From Naegleria gruberi (Eukaryota): a DNA stretch of 64,000 bases. The notes below the pieces were generated by a model, which saw only the letters and a list, made by a program, of their open reading frames with translations, did no database searches and was not told the DNA's origin. Shown piece after piece: positions 24,778 to 35,890 of this stretch. The DNA lies in NCBI GenBank assembly GCA_000004985.1, contig GG738858.1, one strand, 5' to 3'. The position numbers were made by a program, and so were the translations under genes. Position 1 is the stretch's first letter. Each line of letters starts with the position of its first letter.

Positions 24778-25995
24778 TTATAATGAGAAATGATAAACTT
24801 CTCTCCTGAAATCCAATCTTTTCACATTGTCAAATTTACAAAACGCTGGCAATTTAAAATTATAAAATCCTGTTTCAATTATTCCTCCTGCATAGTCACT
24901 TCTCCATGGGTTAGCAAGCTCTGAAATTATTATACAATTATCGTTGAGAATAATCTTTGGATTAAATCTATTATTGATATGATCGTATGGACGAGGTTTA
25001 GAATTTCCAACTCCTGACCTATCTGTCAAACATGAGAAGAAGCATCCAATCAAAACTCTGTAAATTCCAATTTCTTTACAATCATGAAAAGCATTTGGAA
25101 TTCCCTTACTGTAAATTCTTCTTTTAAGGGATTCTGGTGTGTAGAATTTGTAAATACTATCAATTGTTTTCAATTGTCTGTCAGTATAGTGATGGTAGGT
25201 CATGTCTAGCATGAAACATGAATCAGTTCCATCAATTTTTCCTATTAGAAAGAAATTTGATAGATTCGTTTTTGATTTGTTGTCTGTTGTGTCAAATGTT
25301 TTGAGTTTGATATAAACTTGTTTCTTTTCATGATCTACATCAAGAATTTCGACTAATCTCGAAAGTATTTCATTTTCCAACATTAAATTTTCACTACTGA
25401 GATTGGAAATATTTAAATAATTTACAATTTCTATAATTGAATCAAATTTCAAATCAAGATTGATGTGAAAAACATTAACATCTTTTCTCTTTACATTGAT
25501 AATAGAATTGAAGAAATCTTTTTGCAACTTTTCATTTGTAATATCAATTCTATTCGAATCCTTTTTGTTTTCATTGTGATCCAAATCACATTTAAATCGA
25601 ATAATAATCTTTGATCTCTTAATATTCACCAAATAGGCATCATCAGAATAGGTACCGGTATGCAAATTTCCATTTAAAACTTGCTCTTCCATTTCAGATA
25701 CTTTCTCTAAATTCGATTGATCCAGTATCGGTTCATAATTCCACTTATTATTCATCAATTCCTCCAAAAATTGCTGTTCAAAATCTTCTCTCTTCCTCCT
25801 ATTATGATAATTAATTCTAGTCTTAACAATAATACCAAAACTTTGTAAAATTTCAATTAGTGATATATTCAAATTTTTCTGATTAATTTTGTGATTGGGA
25901 AATTTTCTGGATGAAAGTGAAATTTTTGGAATTTTGTGATGTGTTGTTGGTGTGAATTGTATTGACATTTTTTTTGAATATTTCTTCATTTTCAA
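24778..25995 (-). CDS. Hypothetical protein of 405 aa.
   Basis: Long ATG-initiated ORF. The C-terminal Cys-rich segment is 'YRVLIGCFFSCLTDRSGVG'. No family recognised. Confidence 0.45.
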   Translation of the reverse strand: MKMKKYSKKMSIQFTPTTHHKIPKISLSSRKFPNHKINQKNLNISLIEILQSFGIIVKTRINYHNRRKREDFEQQFLEELMNNKWNYEPILDQSNLEKVSEMEEQVLNGNLHTGTYSDDAYLVNIKRSKIIIRFKCDLDHNENKKDSNRIDITNEKLQKDFFNSIINVKRKDVNVFHINLDLKFDSIIEIVNYLNISNLSSENLMLENEILSRLVEILDVDHEKKQVYIKLKTFDTTDNKSKTNLSNFFLIGKIDGTDSCFMLDMTYHHYTDRQLKTIDSIYKFYTPESLKRRIYSKGIPNAFHDCKEIGIYRVLIGCFFSCLTDRSGVGNSKPRPYDHINNRFNPKIILNDNCIIISELANPWRSDYAGGIIETGFYNFKLPAFCKFDNVKRLDFRREVYHFSL

Positions 25996-26240
25996 TTTGG
26001 AGATTTACAATAATTGTTTGTTGATTGAAAAGCGGCTGATTTTTCAAGTACTTGACCCATCATTGGAATCTCATTGGCCAAGTGTTATCCCTCACTCAAT
26101 ACAATTTTCACATCACATTGTAGCCACCACCTCAGGTTAGAAGGTTACAATGCGAGGGGAGTATAACTTCAAGGCAACACTCATTTCCATTTATAAAAAA
26201 TCAACGCTCACAATTATCCATTCAACAAACTTTAAAAAAA

Positions 26241-26801
26241 ATGATCAAACAATCGCTCATTGCTCTTGCTGCTACTATCTTTGCTGTCATCTTGATGATG
26301 AATGTTGTCAAGGCTGAACAAATGGCCGCTCAAGAAAGTGCTGCTTCTGCACCAAATTTTGCTGAAATTTGTAGTTTGCCAAATAATAATTGGGCTCCAA
26401 TAATGGGTGTTCCTTGTAATCCAAATAATTTTACCTTGTTAGTTTCACCAACTACAAGAGTACAAATTACTGGTTCTAATTTCATTGCTAATTGTGGTAT
26501 TCAATATACTCCTGTTTATACTTTTGATATGAATGCTGGATATGTTGAAACTTCTCAATTGTGTAATATCAAATCTGTTTTCAGAGGAGGTGATAGAGTT
26601 TCAGTTTGTAAGACTTCAAATTCTTTGGCCATGTATCCAACTCCAATTCTTTCTGGAAAGGCTTCTTATAATTTTGTTCCAGGTCAATATGGTTTGGTTT
26701 TATCTGATCCAGTTTTCACTGGACAACGTATTTATGTTTCAAAGGTTTTAGTTGGATCTGCAATTGGTTGGGTTCAATCTGATTACATTTGTTTGGCTTA
26801 A
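26241..26801 (+). CDS. Small secreted cysteine-containing protein with a signal peptide.
   Basis: The N-terminus 'MIKQSLIALAATIFAVILMMNVVKA' is signal-like. Eight Cys residues. No homology recognised. Confidence 0.5.
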   Translation: MIKQSLIALAATIFAVILMMNVVKAEQMAAQESAASAPNFAEICSLPNNNWAPIMGVPCNPNNFTLLVSPTTRVQITGSNFIANCGIQYTPVYTFDMNAGYVETSQLCNIKSVFRGGDRVSVCKTSNSLAMYPTPILSGKASYNFVPGQYGLVLSDPVFTGQRIYVSKVLVGSAIGWVQSDYICLA

Positions 26802-27039
26802 TTTTATTTAATATTAAAAATAAATATTATTTACAATTTAATTGGAATTGTCTTTTTAAAGTAATCATTGGAAAAAATTAACAATGTTAAATGGTATTGA
26901 ACTAATGTGATAAATTTCTTTGAAAATTCCTCAATTTATTCCAAGGCCGAATTTGAGTAATGTAAACTTGATGTTAATTTAAATTCATTGAATTAATGGA
27001 ATTGTGTTCAAAATTGAAAATATTTTTTATTATAAAAAA

Positions 27040-28711
27040 ATGATGAACCAACAAACAAGTCACCAACATGCAGAAAATGCTTCGGAAGAAATAATTGAAT
27101 CATTTTCACCCTATTCTTGTGTTTATTGTAGAAAGGCACATCGTAAATGGTTAGTTTCAAAGTTATTAATCATGATTAATTTTATATTTATCTATATTAT
27201 TAGTGGTAAGTATTCTATTAATATTTAAATTAATATTATTAATATTTAATACATCATTCCATAAAGATAGAAAATTGCCATCATGTTCTAAATGTAAAAG
27301 TAGAAATTCGCCATGTGAATATGTTGATTTAAAAAGAAGGAAGAATATTCAAATTGGATCATCATCTGTTCAGGAATGTTTGGATTTACAAAATAATTTA
27401 AAACAATTGAATTTAATGGATGGAAATGATTTTGTACAAAATGATTTATTTGCATCTTTGAGAATGAATATAATTGGAGCTTATTTTGAAATAATTTGTT
27501 TGGGATGTCCTTTTTTGGAAAAAGAAACACTTGAAAGTTATTTATATTCAAAGGAAATTTTACAATCTAATAGATTAATACTTGCATTGGTATTTTCAAT
27601 TCAAACTCTTGTTGGTAAGTTAATTTTTTAAATTTACTATAAAAGGAAAGAGCAAAGATTTGGATTTGTAGATTTGGCATTTGAAAGTTATAAGAAAACT
27701 CTTTCAATTTTACCAAATGATAAAGCAGATCAATTTTATGCAGCATGTGTTTATGTAAATTTAGGAATTTACTTAATTGGAGAAGGTAAAAAGAAGGAAG
27801 CTAATTTTTATGCACATTGCTCTGATTACTATTTTAAACAATTAGATTCTAATTATCAACATAATGAATTTGATAGAAATTTAATTTGGTTTAAAATGAC
27901 ACTGGAATACATGTCTAGTCCATTATATCCATTAATGGCATCTCAAGAATTGATTGATAATTACAAAATTATATTGAAACATAACATGCCAATGGAATGG
28001 CAAGAAGTAGTGATGGATTTGAAAAATTCAACAATATCTAATGTTGAAAGCAGAATCAAAGTGTATCAATTAATTGCATTCACTTTACAGGGAGAGAGAA
28101 GAGTTGGAGGTTATGGAGTTTCATTATGTGAAATTATTTATTTATCAATGCATTCATGTATTTCAATTTCTTTCTATTCATTGGTAGATCCAATTTATTT
28201 TAAAGATCAAATTTATGCTGAAACTGTTAAAGCAGCAGAATTGACAGAATATGAACTATTTTCCTATTCTGCCCCTCAAGTAATTATGAATATTCTAGTT
28301 GCTATTAAGGTACATTTAGAAATGCAACAATTAGTGGAGAGTGGACAAATTACAGGAGTCTCCTTACAAGATTATTACAAAATTATTGCAAAGAATTATA
28401 GAGCTGTAAATATTTTGAGAAAAAAGTATAGAGTGATAGATGCACAACATTCAGATATTGTTACAAAACTTGAGGAACTAAATAAGGAGGTAGATAAGGA
28501 ACCTTCGCCTCAGCAATACAATATTGATGATAAGATGAAGAGATTGGAGGATTTTGAAAGTCAACTCAGTTCTGTCATGAAAAAATTTGTTAGTATGCTT
28601 CCATTTAAAGAAAAAGAAAACCAGCCACAAATGGAAGAACTCAATGGATTGGAATTCTATACAGACATGTTTTTATTGGATGATACAGATGATTTATTCT
28701 TAGAATTTTAA
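27040..28711 (+). CDS. Zn(II)2Cys6 (GAL4-type) binuclear-cluster transcription-factor-like protein, multi-exon. The last intron is 27615..27670. The 5' splice structure is unusual (see findings).
   Basis: 'SCVYCRKAHRK' (C-x2-C-R-K-x-H-x-K) followed by 'DRKLPSCSKCKSRNSPCEY' (C-x2-C-x6-C). GTAAGT donors at 27216 and 27615. The acceptor 'tttgtag' at 27670 is in phase with the ORF starting at 27674. Confidence 0.5.
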
Positions 28712-28720
28712 TAGGGTAAA

Positions 28721-31506
28721 TTATTTGACCATCTTTTTTGGTGCATCAAAATAACCACATGTTTGAAAGATGGTTTCACACATTTTAACTACTGCCTTCC
28801 GTTTTGATTCTTTCTTCCCTTTGTGTGGATCTCCTTGCACAGTACCAATTGGTTCAACAGTGCATGATGTAACATATCCTAACTTTGGTACCACTTGCTC
28901 TGAAAAAGTTGGGTGAGTCCTATAATTTATATTACAATGGTGTAATAAGGCGTTCATTATTGCATTATTTGAGATTGTTGACATAAATACATCCTTATCA
29001 GTTATTCTTATAGTGCTGCCTTTGTATTTGCTTTGAAGTTCTCTAGTAGTGATATTTGTATTGATCTCTTTTTCAAGAGTTTGATTGATTTTCTCATCCA
29101 CAATAATTGTATGTTTGTATCGTTCCTTATAAATTTCGGTCCAAGAACTTGTAGGGAAGATTGCTAAATCTCTATCAAGAAATTTCCTCAGCACTTCTAG
29201 TGATGCTGCATTCTTGGCATCTTGTTTTGATTTGAACATTGAAGATGAGGTCAAAACAAAGTAACTGGCTGCTTGCAAACCAAATTCTACCATTGAACGA
29301 TCATAATTGTTCAGTTTGATTAGAATACGAACAAAGAATAGATGTCCAACCTTGACTACCTGAAATATTGGTTTTACACCAAATAATTTTTCACATGTCA
29401 ACGTTAAGACAGTAGATTGAGTATTAGTGTTTTCTGTAAATTCGAACAGTTTCAATATAGTTTCCTCAACTTTGTAAATTGGTTCGCTATTCCATATGTA
29501 TTCGAAAATATGACTAATTACCATCTGTTTTAGCCCAATATTTTGTAAATGTAATTTTCTATAATAAACATCAGGATGTATCTTTTCAGATTTGGTAAGA
29601 AGTCCAATAGAAATTATCATTTTCTGTTCTTGAGTTTGATATTTTCCATATGAAGAGCTTGCTTCCACAGAATTAGAATGATGAATGCAATAAAATTCGG
29701 AATTTGCTGATCTAGCTCTTCCTCTTGATTGAATCATTGTTTTTGTTGTTTCAATTCCATCCAATCTAATAACAAGTGAACAAGCAGGAACATCTAAACC
29801 TTCTTCTGCTACACTTGTTGAAATAAGAGTATTTACAATTCCCTGTCTGAAATTATCTAGAATAGTATTTTGTTGATTTGATGTCATTCCACTCTTTCCA
29901 AGTAGAATATCAACTTTTAAATAATCTTTTAGGTCTGGTTCTGATTGTAAAAATTCTAAAGTCTCCTTACAACCAATTCTAGTTTTTACAAATATTAAAG
30001 CTCGTAATTCTTTTCCAGTTTCTTTGTATTGTTTCAATAACTTAGCCAACGCGAATCTCTTTGCACAATGAATTGGTAGAGAGCCTAAAGATAATTCATG
30101 TTCATAGCACATATGTGAAATTCCACAAAATTTTAAAGTTTTTAAAATCTCAATCTCCGTAAATGATTTTAAAAATTTTAACAAGTGATCCCAACTATTT
30201 TGTGTTAATTCAATAATTTTAATTCTACATACGCTGCAGTACATGATCTATGGTCATTGATCATTAAAGATTCATTAAGGACTGATAGAGTTTTACATGT
30301 TAAAATCAAATTTGAATTCTGCTTGTTAGATTTTGAATATCTAATAAAATCATCCAAATTTCTATTATCATCTTCCTTGTCATAAGTTCCTGTAACGTGA
30401 TTCATTTTCAAATCAAGCCATTCATCAGCTTCATCTGTTCCAAATTTGGAATCATCCATATCTACATCAGCATCTGATGAAAAATTTTCCAATAATTTAA
30501 TTTTAACTCCTCTAATAGCATTGAAAATGAAATCTCTCAATCTCAAAGAGAATGGATCCATATCTACTGAAATAGATTTCATTGAAGGTGTGAATACAAA
30601 TGTACCAAGCTCTTCTTCATTATTCTCAACTTGTCTCACTGTACAATCCAAATCATGTCCCAGTTGGAGTATCTTTAATAATGTCTCTGCAATGGTGTTT
30701 TTGGCAGCTGGTGTAGCACTCAAACCAAGTATTCTAGGTATTAATAGACCTGCATGCTTTCTTGGTTTATAATAATCTCTCATTAATACTTTAAATGGAT
30801 GATTTGAATGAGTATGATGGCATTCATCAAATATTAACAATTGCAAATCATCAAAAATGTCAGAATATTGTAAAACATTCAAAATGATTTGGATTGTACA
30901 GACAAGTACAGTAAAATCCTTTGTTTCTAATTTCCAATTCTTGATTGATTTCTTTTCTCCATGAAAAGCTCCAACTTTTTCAATTCCAAACTCTCTCAAT
31001 GCCCTCGCCTGCTGTTCAACAAGTGAAATTTGATTCACAATAAACAAAACCTTCTTGAATGGATTTAAATTCAACATGTGATGAATTAAAAGTGCAGCAA
31101 TAAATGTTTTACCAGCACCTGTCGGAGCAACAATGATTGTATTTTCATCTTTACAATGTTCTACCAATTCCTTTTGATATTCTCTTGCATTGGAGAGTAG
31201 TGTACTAGTTGCTGTAGAATTAGAAACAACACTTTCCGAACATGATCCTACCAATATATTATCGTTGTATGATGTTGTAGATGATTCATCAAATTGATGT
31301 TCGTTATCATCACCATCACCATGATGAATAGTGGAATTAAAATTGGTTGTTGTATTTAGTGTCGGAACATGTAATATTCTTCTTCCCTCATTATCAAACT
31401 CTTCTTCGAGTTTTAATTTTTCAAATGTTGTTTCCTCTTCTTGTTTAATTGATGAAGATGATGTAATTGGCCATGCAAATCCTGAGCATTTGATGTTATT
31501 GAACAT
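28721..31506 (-). CDS. Dicer/RIG-I-like DExH-box helicase with two C-terminal dsRBD-like motifs and no RNase III domain. Two exons: join(31506..30233, 30194..28721).
   Basis: Motif I 'IIVAPTGAGKTFIA', motif II 'LLIFDECHH', motif III 'LGLSATP', motif VI 'QSRGRARS'. dsRBD-like C-terminal helices 'SKQDAKNAASLEVLRKF' and 'KGKKESKRKAVVKMCETI'. A 38-nt intron has a GTATGT donor after 'tgtactgcagc' and the acceptor 'aaaatag'. It joins the two ORFs in phase: '...HRSCTA|AWDHLLKF...'. Confidence 0.8.
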
Positions 31507-31824
31507 GGTGATGCAAGATTAGTAGTACATTTTTTATTTTTTTTTTAGAAATTTAATTTATTACAATTTAATTGTCAGTCAGACTCGTGATTGAATAAAT
31601 TGCTGTAGATTGCTATCTACAGAATGCTTACATATTTGTTAAGGTCTTTGCTCCATTCATAGTTTTCGTGAAGCCAGTCGTTCCTTTCTTTCCAGATGCT
31701 AGTATTAGCTCTTGTGGTTTCTTTGATTATGATTTTGTGACATTCATTGCCGATGAAGTCTAGTTTTTGTCCAGTGTTGTAGAGTAGAGATTAGTAGTAC
31801 ATTTTTTTAATTTAGTTTTATGAA

Positions 31825-32982
31825 ATGAAGAATATTTCATTTAATTGTAATGAAAACAAGTTTCAAAAAATGTCAATCATGATGCTATCCGATGATTTAT
31901 GTTATGAAATTGTTGGATATTTAGATTCATGTACAATTTTAAATACTTGTTCTCTGCTTTCCAAACAATGGTTGGAGGTTATTAGAACTAGATCACATAT
32001 TTCGGTTGAGTTGGATGGAAATATTTGTGATGAGAGAATAACTTCAATGATGAAGAGTCAATTTTTGGATAGTATTCAAAGTGTGAAAGTAAAAAGTGGT
32101 AATAATAGTGGGTCAATTGGTTATTTATTGAATTCTCTGTGTTTAATGAGGAATTTACAAGAGTTGTATCTTGTTTCTAAAGAATTGGATTCGAATGATG
32201 CACAAGTAATAAGTGAAATGAAGAGTTTGACGAAACTTGATCTGAATGGAAATAGAATTAGTGATGAGGGTGTTGATTTCATAAGTAAAATGAGCGGTTT
32301 GACCTATCTTAGGATAGATTCAAATGCTGTTCATGATGAAGGAGCAAAATCAATTCAAGGAATGAAAGGATTAAGAACTTTAAAAGTTTCTAATAATTCT
32401 TTTTTTGAAGTTGGATTTGAGGCAATAAGCCAAATGGGAAATTTAACAAAACTTGATATGAGTGAAAACTCATTGGGAATTGAGGGAACTAAATCGATAG
32501 GTATAATGAAAAATTTAACATCCCTCAAGATTGACTATAATCATATTGGTTCAGAAGGAGTTAAATATCTCAATGAAATGAAACAATTAACAAAGCTTTC
32601 AATTGTGGAAAATCAAATAGATGAAGAAGGAGCCAAGTACATTGGAGAGTTGAAACAATTGACAATACTTGACATTAGTTTCAATTATGTTGGGGAGAAA
32701 GGAGCCAAATCAATTAGTACATTGAACAAGCTAACAATGCTTGATATTATTGAAAATAATATTGGTGAAAATGGAGCAATTTCATTAAGTAATCTTAATC
32801 AATTAACCAAACTAGATATTAACTCTAATAATATTGGACATTTAGGAGCCAAATCACTTGTGAAATTGAATCAATTGAAAGAACTCAATATCAGCTATAA
32901 TAATATTAATGACTTAGAAATTAACATAATAAGACAAATGAAAAACTTGAAGAGCTTAACAAATCATTCTCAAAATCGATAG
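31825..32982 (+). CDS. F-box/leucine-rich-repeat protein.
   Basis: N-terminal F-box-like segment 'MLSDDLCYEIVGYLDSCTILNTCSLLSKQWLEVI'. About ten LRRs of the form 'LTKLDxxxNxIGxEGAKxI'. Confidence 0.7.
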   Translation: MKNISFNCNENKFQKMSIMMLSDDLCYEIVGYLDSCTILNTCSLLSKQWLEVIRTRSHISVELDGNICDERITSMMKSQFLDSIQSVKVKSGNNSGSIGYLLNSLCLMRNLQELYLVSKELDSNDAQVISEMKSLTKLDLNGNRISDEGVDFISKMSGLTYLRIDSNAVHDEGAKSIQGMKGLRTLKVSNNSFFEVGFEAISQMGNLTKLDMSENSLGIEGTKSIGIMKNLTSLKIDYNHIGSEGVKYLNEMKQLTKLSIVENQIDEEGAKYIGELKQLTILDISFNYVGEKGAKSISTLNKLTMLDIIENNIGENGAISLSNLNQLTKLDINSNNIGHLGAKSLVKLNQLKELNISYNNINDLEINIIRQMKNLKSLTNHSQNR

Positions 32983-33064
32983 AAGAACGTATTGCATAAG
33001 TTTCAACCCAAATAAGAAAATTACAATTAATGATTTACCATCCCACACATAAAAACAAAAAAGT

Positions 33065-33137
33065 TATACCCTGTGGGACTCGAACCCACAACCCCCGGCT
33101 CCGTAGGCCGATGCTCTTCCAATTGAGCCAAGGGTAC
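33065..33137 (-). tRNA. tRNA-Arg, anticodon ACG. 73 nt, no intron, G1:U72 wobble.
   Basis: Minus-strand sequence GTACCCTTGGCTCAATTGGAAGAGCATCGGCCTACGGAGCCGGGGGTTGTGGGTTCGAGTCCCACAGGGTATA. It folds as a cloverleaf: acceptor 7 bp, D-stem GCTC/GAGC, anticodon stem TCGGC/GCCGG with loop CTACGGA, T-stem GTGGG/CCCAC with loop TTCGAGT. Confidence 0.9.
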
Positions 33138-33228
33138 TTATGTTCGAAGTAATTTGTATATTTCTTGTATATTATTTTTACCCATTTTGTGCGCTCTTGC
33201 TGTCCGTTTCTTGAACTATTTCCTATGA

Positions 33229-33582
33229 TTAATTCAACATTAGTTTATAATTCATTAATTGGAGGTGGTCGTCCTTTCCATTTGGATGGTAAGGAAGGAG
33301 GGATGACACTTTTTTCTTTTCATTTGTAACAAATAATGGCTCCTCCAATAACATGATAGCATGTTTAGATTTTGTATCATTTAAATGTTGCAAATAATTA
33401 GTAGAATTATATCCGAATATTCTTCTGATTTTTCCAATATTCATCACACTCAAAATATCCAACACTAGTTTCCATCTGTTTTTTGAATCCAAATTATTGG
33501 CAATCTTTGCTAACAACACCTTGTTTAAAAACAAAGTGCTTGCCAATAAAATCTGATAGAGAATTACGCCAGAAATAATCAT
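33229..33582 (-). CDS. Small hypothetical ORF of 117 aa next to the tRNA gene. Doubtful.
   Basis: ATG-initiated ORF with no recognisable domain. Confidence 0.2.
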   Translation of the reverse strand: MIISGVILYQILLASTLFLNKVLLAKIANNLDSKNRWKLVLDILSVMNIGKIRRIFGYNSTNYLQHLNDTKSKHAIMLLEEPLFVTNEKKKVSSLLPYHPNGKDDHLQLMNYKLMLN

Positions 33583-33837
33583 TCAATAAAATTCAATCAC
33601 AGTATGTAATCATTCGAATTAAAAGATTAGAAGCCTCTTCTGCAGCTTGTTGCAAACTTTAAAGTACAAGTGTGGAATATTTTTTAAATTGATTTTGGCG
33701 GTTTTTTGTCGTTTTTTAGTCTCTTTAGTTCGTCTCTGCATGTCCTTAATTATTATCTACGGTACGTTAAAACCAACATTTTTTAAAAAAGAAAACGAAC
33801 AATCATCATCACCCTTTAATTTTCATTCCTTAATTTT

Positions 33838-35752
33838 ATGACCGACGATATGAACCTTTCCTCGGGAGGAACCAACTCTCATTTAGATCATTCTGTAGTA
33901 AACGCTATGGATATTTCAAGGAACAGTGAGAGTGAGGGAGAACTTAGTAATGAGAGTGTAGATATGATTATGAATAATGCTACTGGAGACCCAACAATAG
34001 ATATGTGCGATGAAGGACACAGTGATGATGAGTTTGGAGAACAAGGACAACATTTTGACCAAGCACAATTCGAACGAATGTTGAGCCAAAGACACTATAA
34101 GGTTGTTAGAGAACGAGGCGAAGGAACTTTTTCTAAAGTACTTGAAGCAAAAAATCTCAAGACCAATCAGCGAGTGGCTATTAAGTGTATGAAAAGCAAA
34201 TTTAAGGATAGAGACAGAGTCAATAGGTTAAGGGAAATTCAAGCACTGAAGATTCTATCACCTCACGATAATGTCATTTCTCTATTAGAAGTTGTTTATG
34301 ATCCAAAGAATGGTAATCTTGCTCTTGTGTTTGAATTGATGGACATGAATATTTATGAACTTATCAAAAGAAGAAAAAAGTACTTTCCAGAACATCAATT
34401 GAAATCATATATGTATCAAGTTTTAAAGTCAATTGATCATATGCATAGACATAACATTTTCCATCGAGATGTCAAGGTAAGTTGGATTTGAATTGACTTG
34501 TTATTTACATTCTCAGCCTGAGAATATTCTTGTAATGAAAATCACAACACCTCCCTCAATACCAACATCGAGCAGTATGACTCAACCAAACCAAATACTA
34601 TCAACAAACTTTCTTTACTATTATTATCTCAACGGTACTGCACCAACAAGTGCTTCCCCTTCATCTAGTAGATCTGAAACACCAACAGATTCATTCAGTT
34701 ATCCGACTCTTAAATTGGCTGACTTTGGAAGTTGTCAAGGAACAAAAGGAAAGAGACCTTATACTGAATACATTTCTACGAGATGGTACAGAGCACCAGA
34801 GTGCCTGTTAACAGATGGTTTTTATGATCAAAAAATGGACATGTGGAGTATTGGATGTGTGTTTTATGAGCTAATTACTTTCGAACCATTATTCCCAGGA
34901 GAAAACGAATTGGATCAAATCCATCTTATTCACAAAGTTGTTGGAACACCAAGTGAAGACATTTTGAACAAATTCAGAAAACATGCAAGTAGATATTTGA
35001 GTAATGGTAAATTCCCAAAGCGAGCAGGAAAGGGTTTAAAAGCCATGATACCTAATGTTTCGAAAGATTGTCTAGATTTATTACAAAAACTTTTAATTTA
35101 CAACCCTGAAGAAAGAATTACTGCCAGTAAGGCTCTAAGACACCCTTATTTTAAAGAATTGTATGCTCTTGACCAAAGCTTTGGAGGAGGCCAGTCAATA
35201 CCTAGTCCATCTCCTCTCATGAACAACATTTCAACCAACGCTACTAATAGCCCCTCTAGCACACAAGGCCCAGGGCTCCAACAAGCACCTTTAATTCACC
35301 ACAATATTCAAAATCAAGCCCAGAATCATAACAATAATTCAAATATGGTTGTTTTACCAACAATATATGGTACCAAGCAAAAACCAACGAATAAGAAACC
35401 GGTTCAAAACCAACAAGGAATAACTTCATATGGAAAAAATATGAGCAATAGTAACCTTAATACCTCAAATCAAAGCAATGCAAGCGGTACAGGAGGTTCA
35501 CTGAATCAATTTTTCTCTTCTATGAAGAGGAATACCAATATGAAAACTGTAAACCTCTCTCCCTACATGAATGATCATCCTCCAGTTTCTAGCTCAATGA
35601 CCTACCAAACCACAACAACCTACAATAACTTCCAATCAAACAAAGCTCCTCCAATCTTCCAAAACAATGTACATGCGTCTCTTTCCAACTCCAATAAGAA
35701 TGAACCTATAGAAAAACAGCAGAAAAAGTATTCACTTCATTACATGATATAA
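33838..35752 (+). CDS. CMGC serine/threonine kinase of the MAK/ICK/MOK (RCK) family. Two exons: join(33838..34476, 34517..35752).
   Basis: 'GEGTFSKVLEAKNLKTNQRVAIKCMKSKF...LREIQALKIL', 'HRDVK|PENILV', 'DFG', 'TEYISTRWYRAPECLL', 'DMWSIGCVFYEL'. These match human ICK/MAK closely. The 40-nt intron GTAAGT...ctcag splits HRDVK|PEN in phase 0. The kinase domain has an S/T-rich insert. Confidence 0.85.
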
Positions 35753-35890
35753 AGTTGTAAATTTATATAATCTCACAATATTTAAGCTCCCTAAAATTTG
35801 CACAACTAGATCAAAAACTTTGAAAAATTAATTATTAAATAATTTTTTAATTTTAAATTTTAAAATAATTTTTTTACAATAAATTTACAA

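Noticed and set aside
24778-25995. Possible protein-tyrosine/dual-specificity phosphatase motif in 'IGCFFSCLTDRSG'.
   Set aside because: The spacing is C-x3-R / C-x7-R, not the CX5R P-loop. No supporting upstream Asp loop was recognised.
33000-33011. External B-box call downstream of tRNA-Arg.
   Set aside because: It matches only about 6 of 10 consensus positions. It is kept as a low-interest note only.
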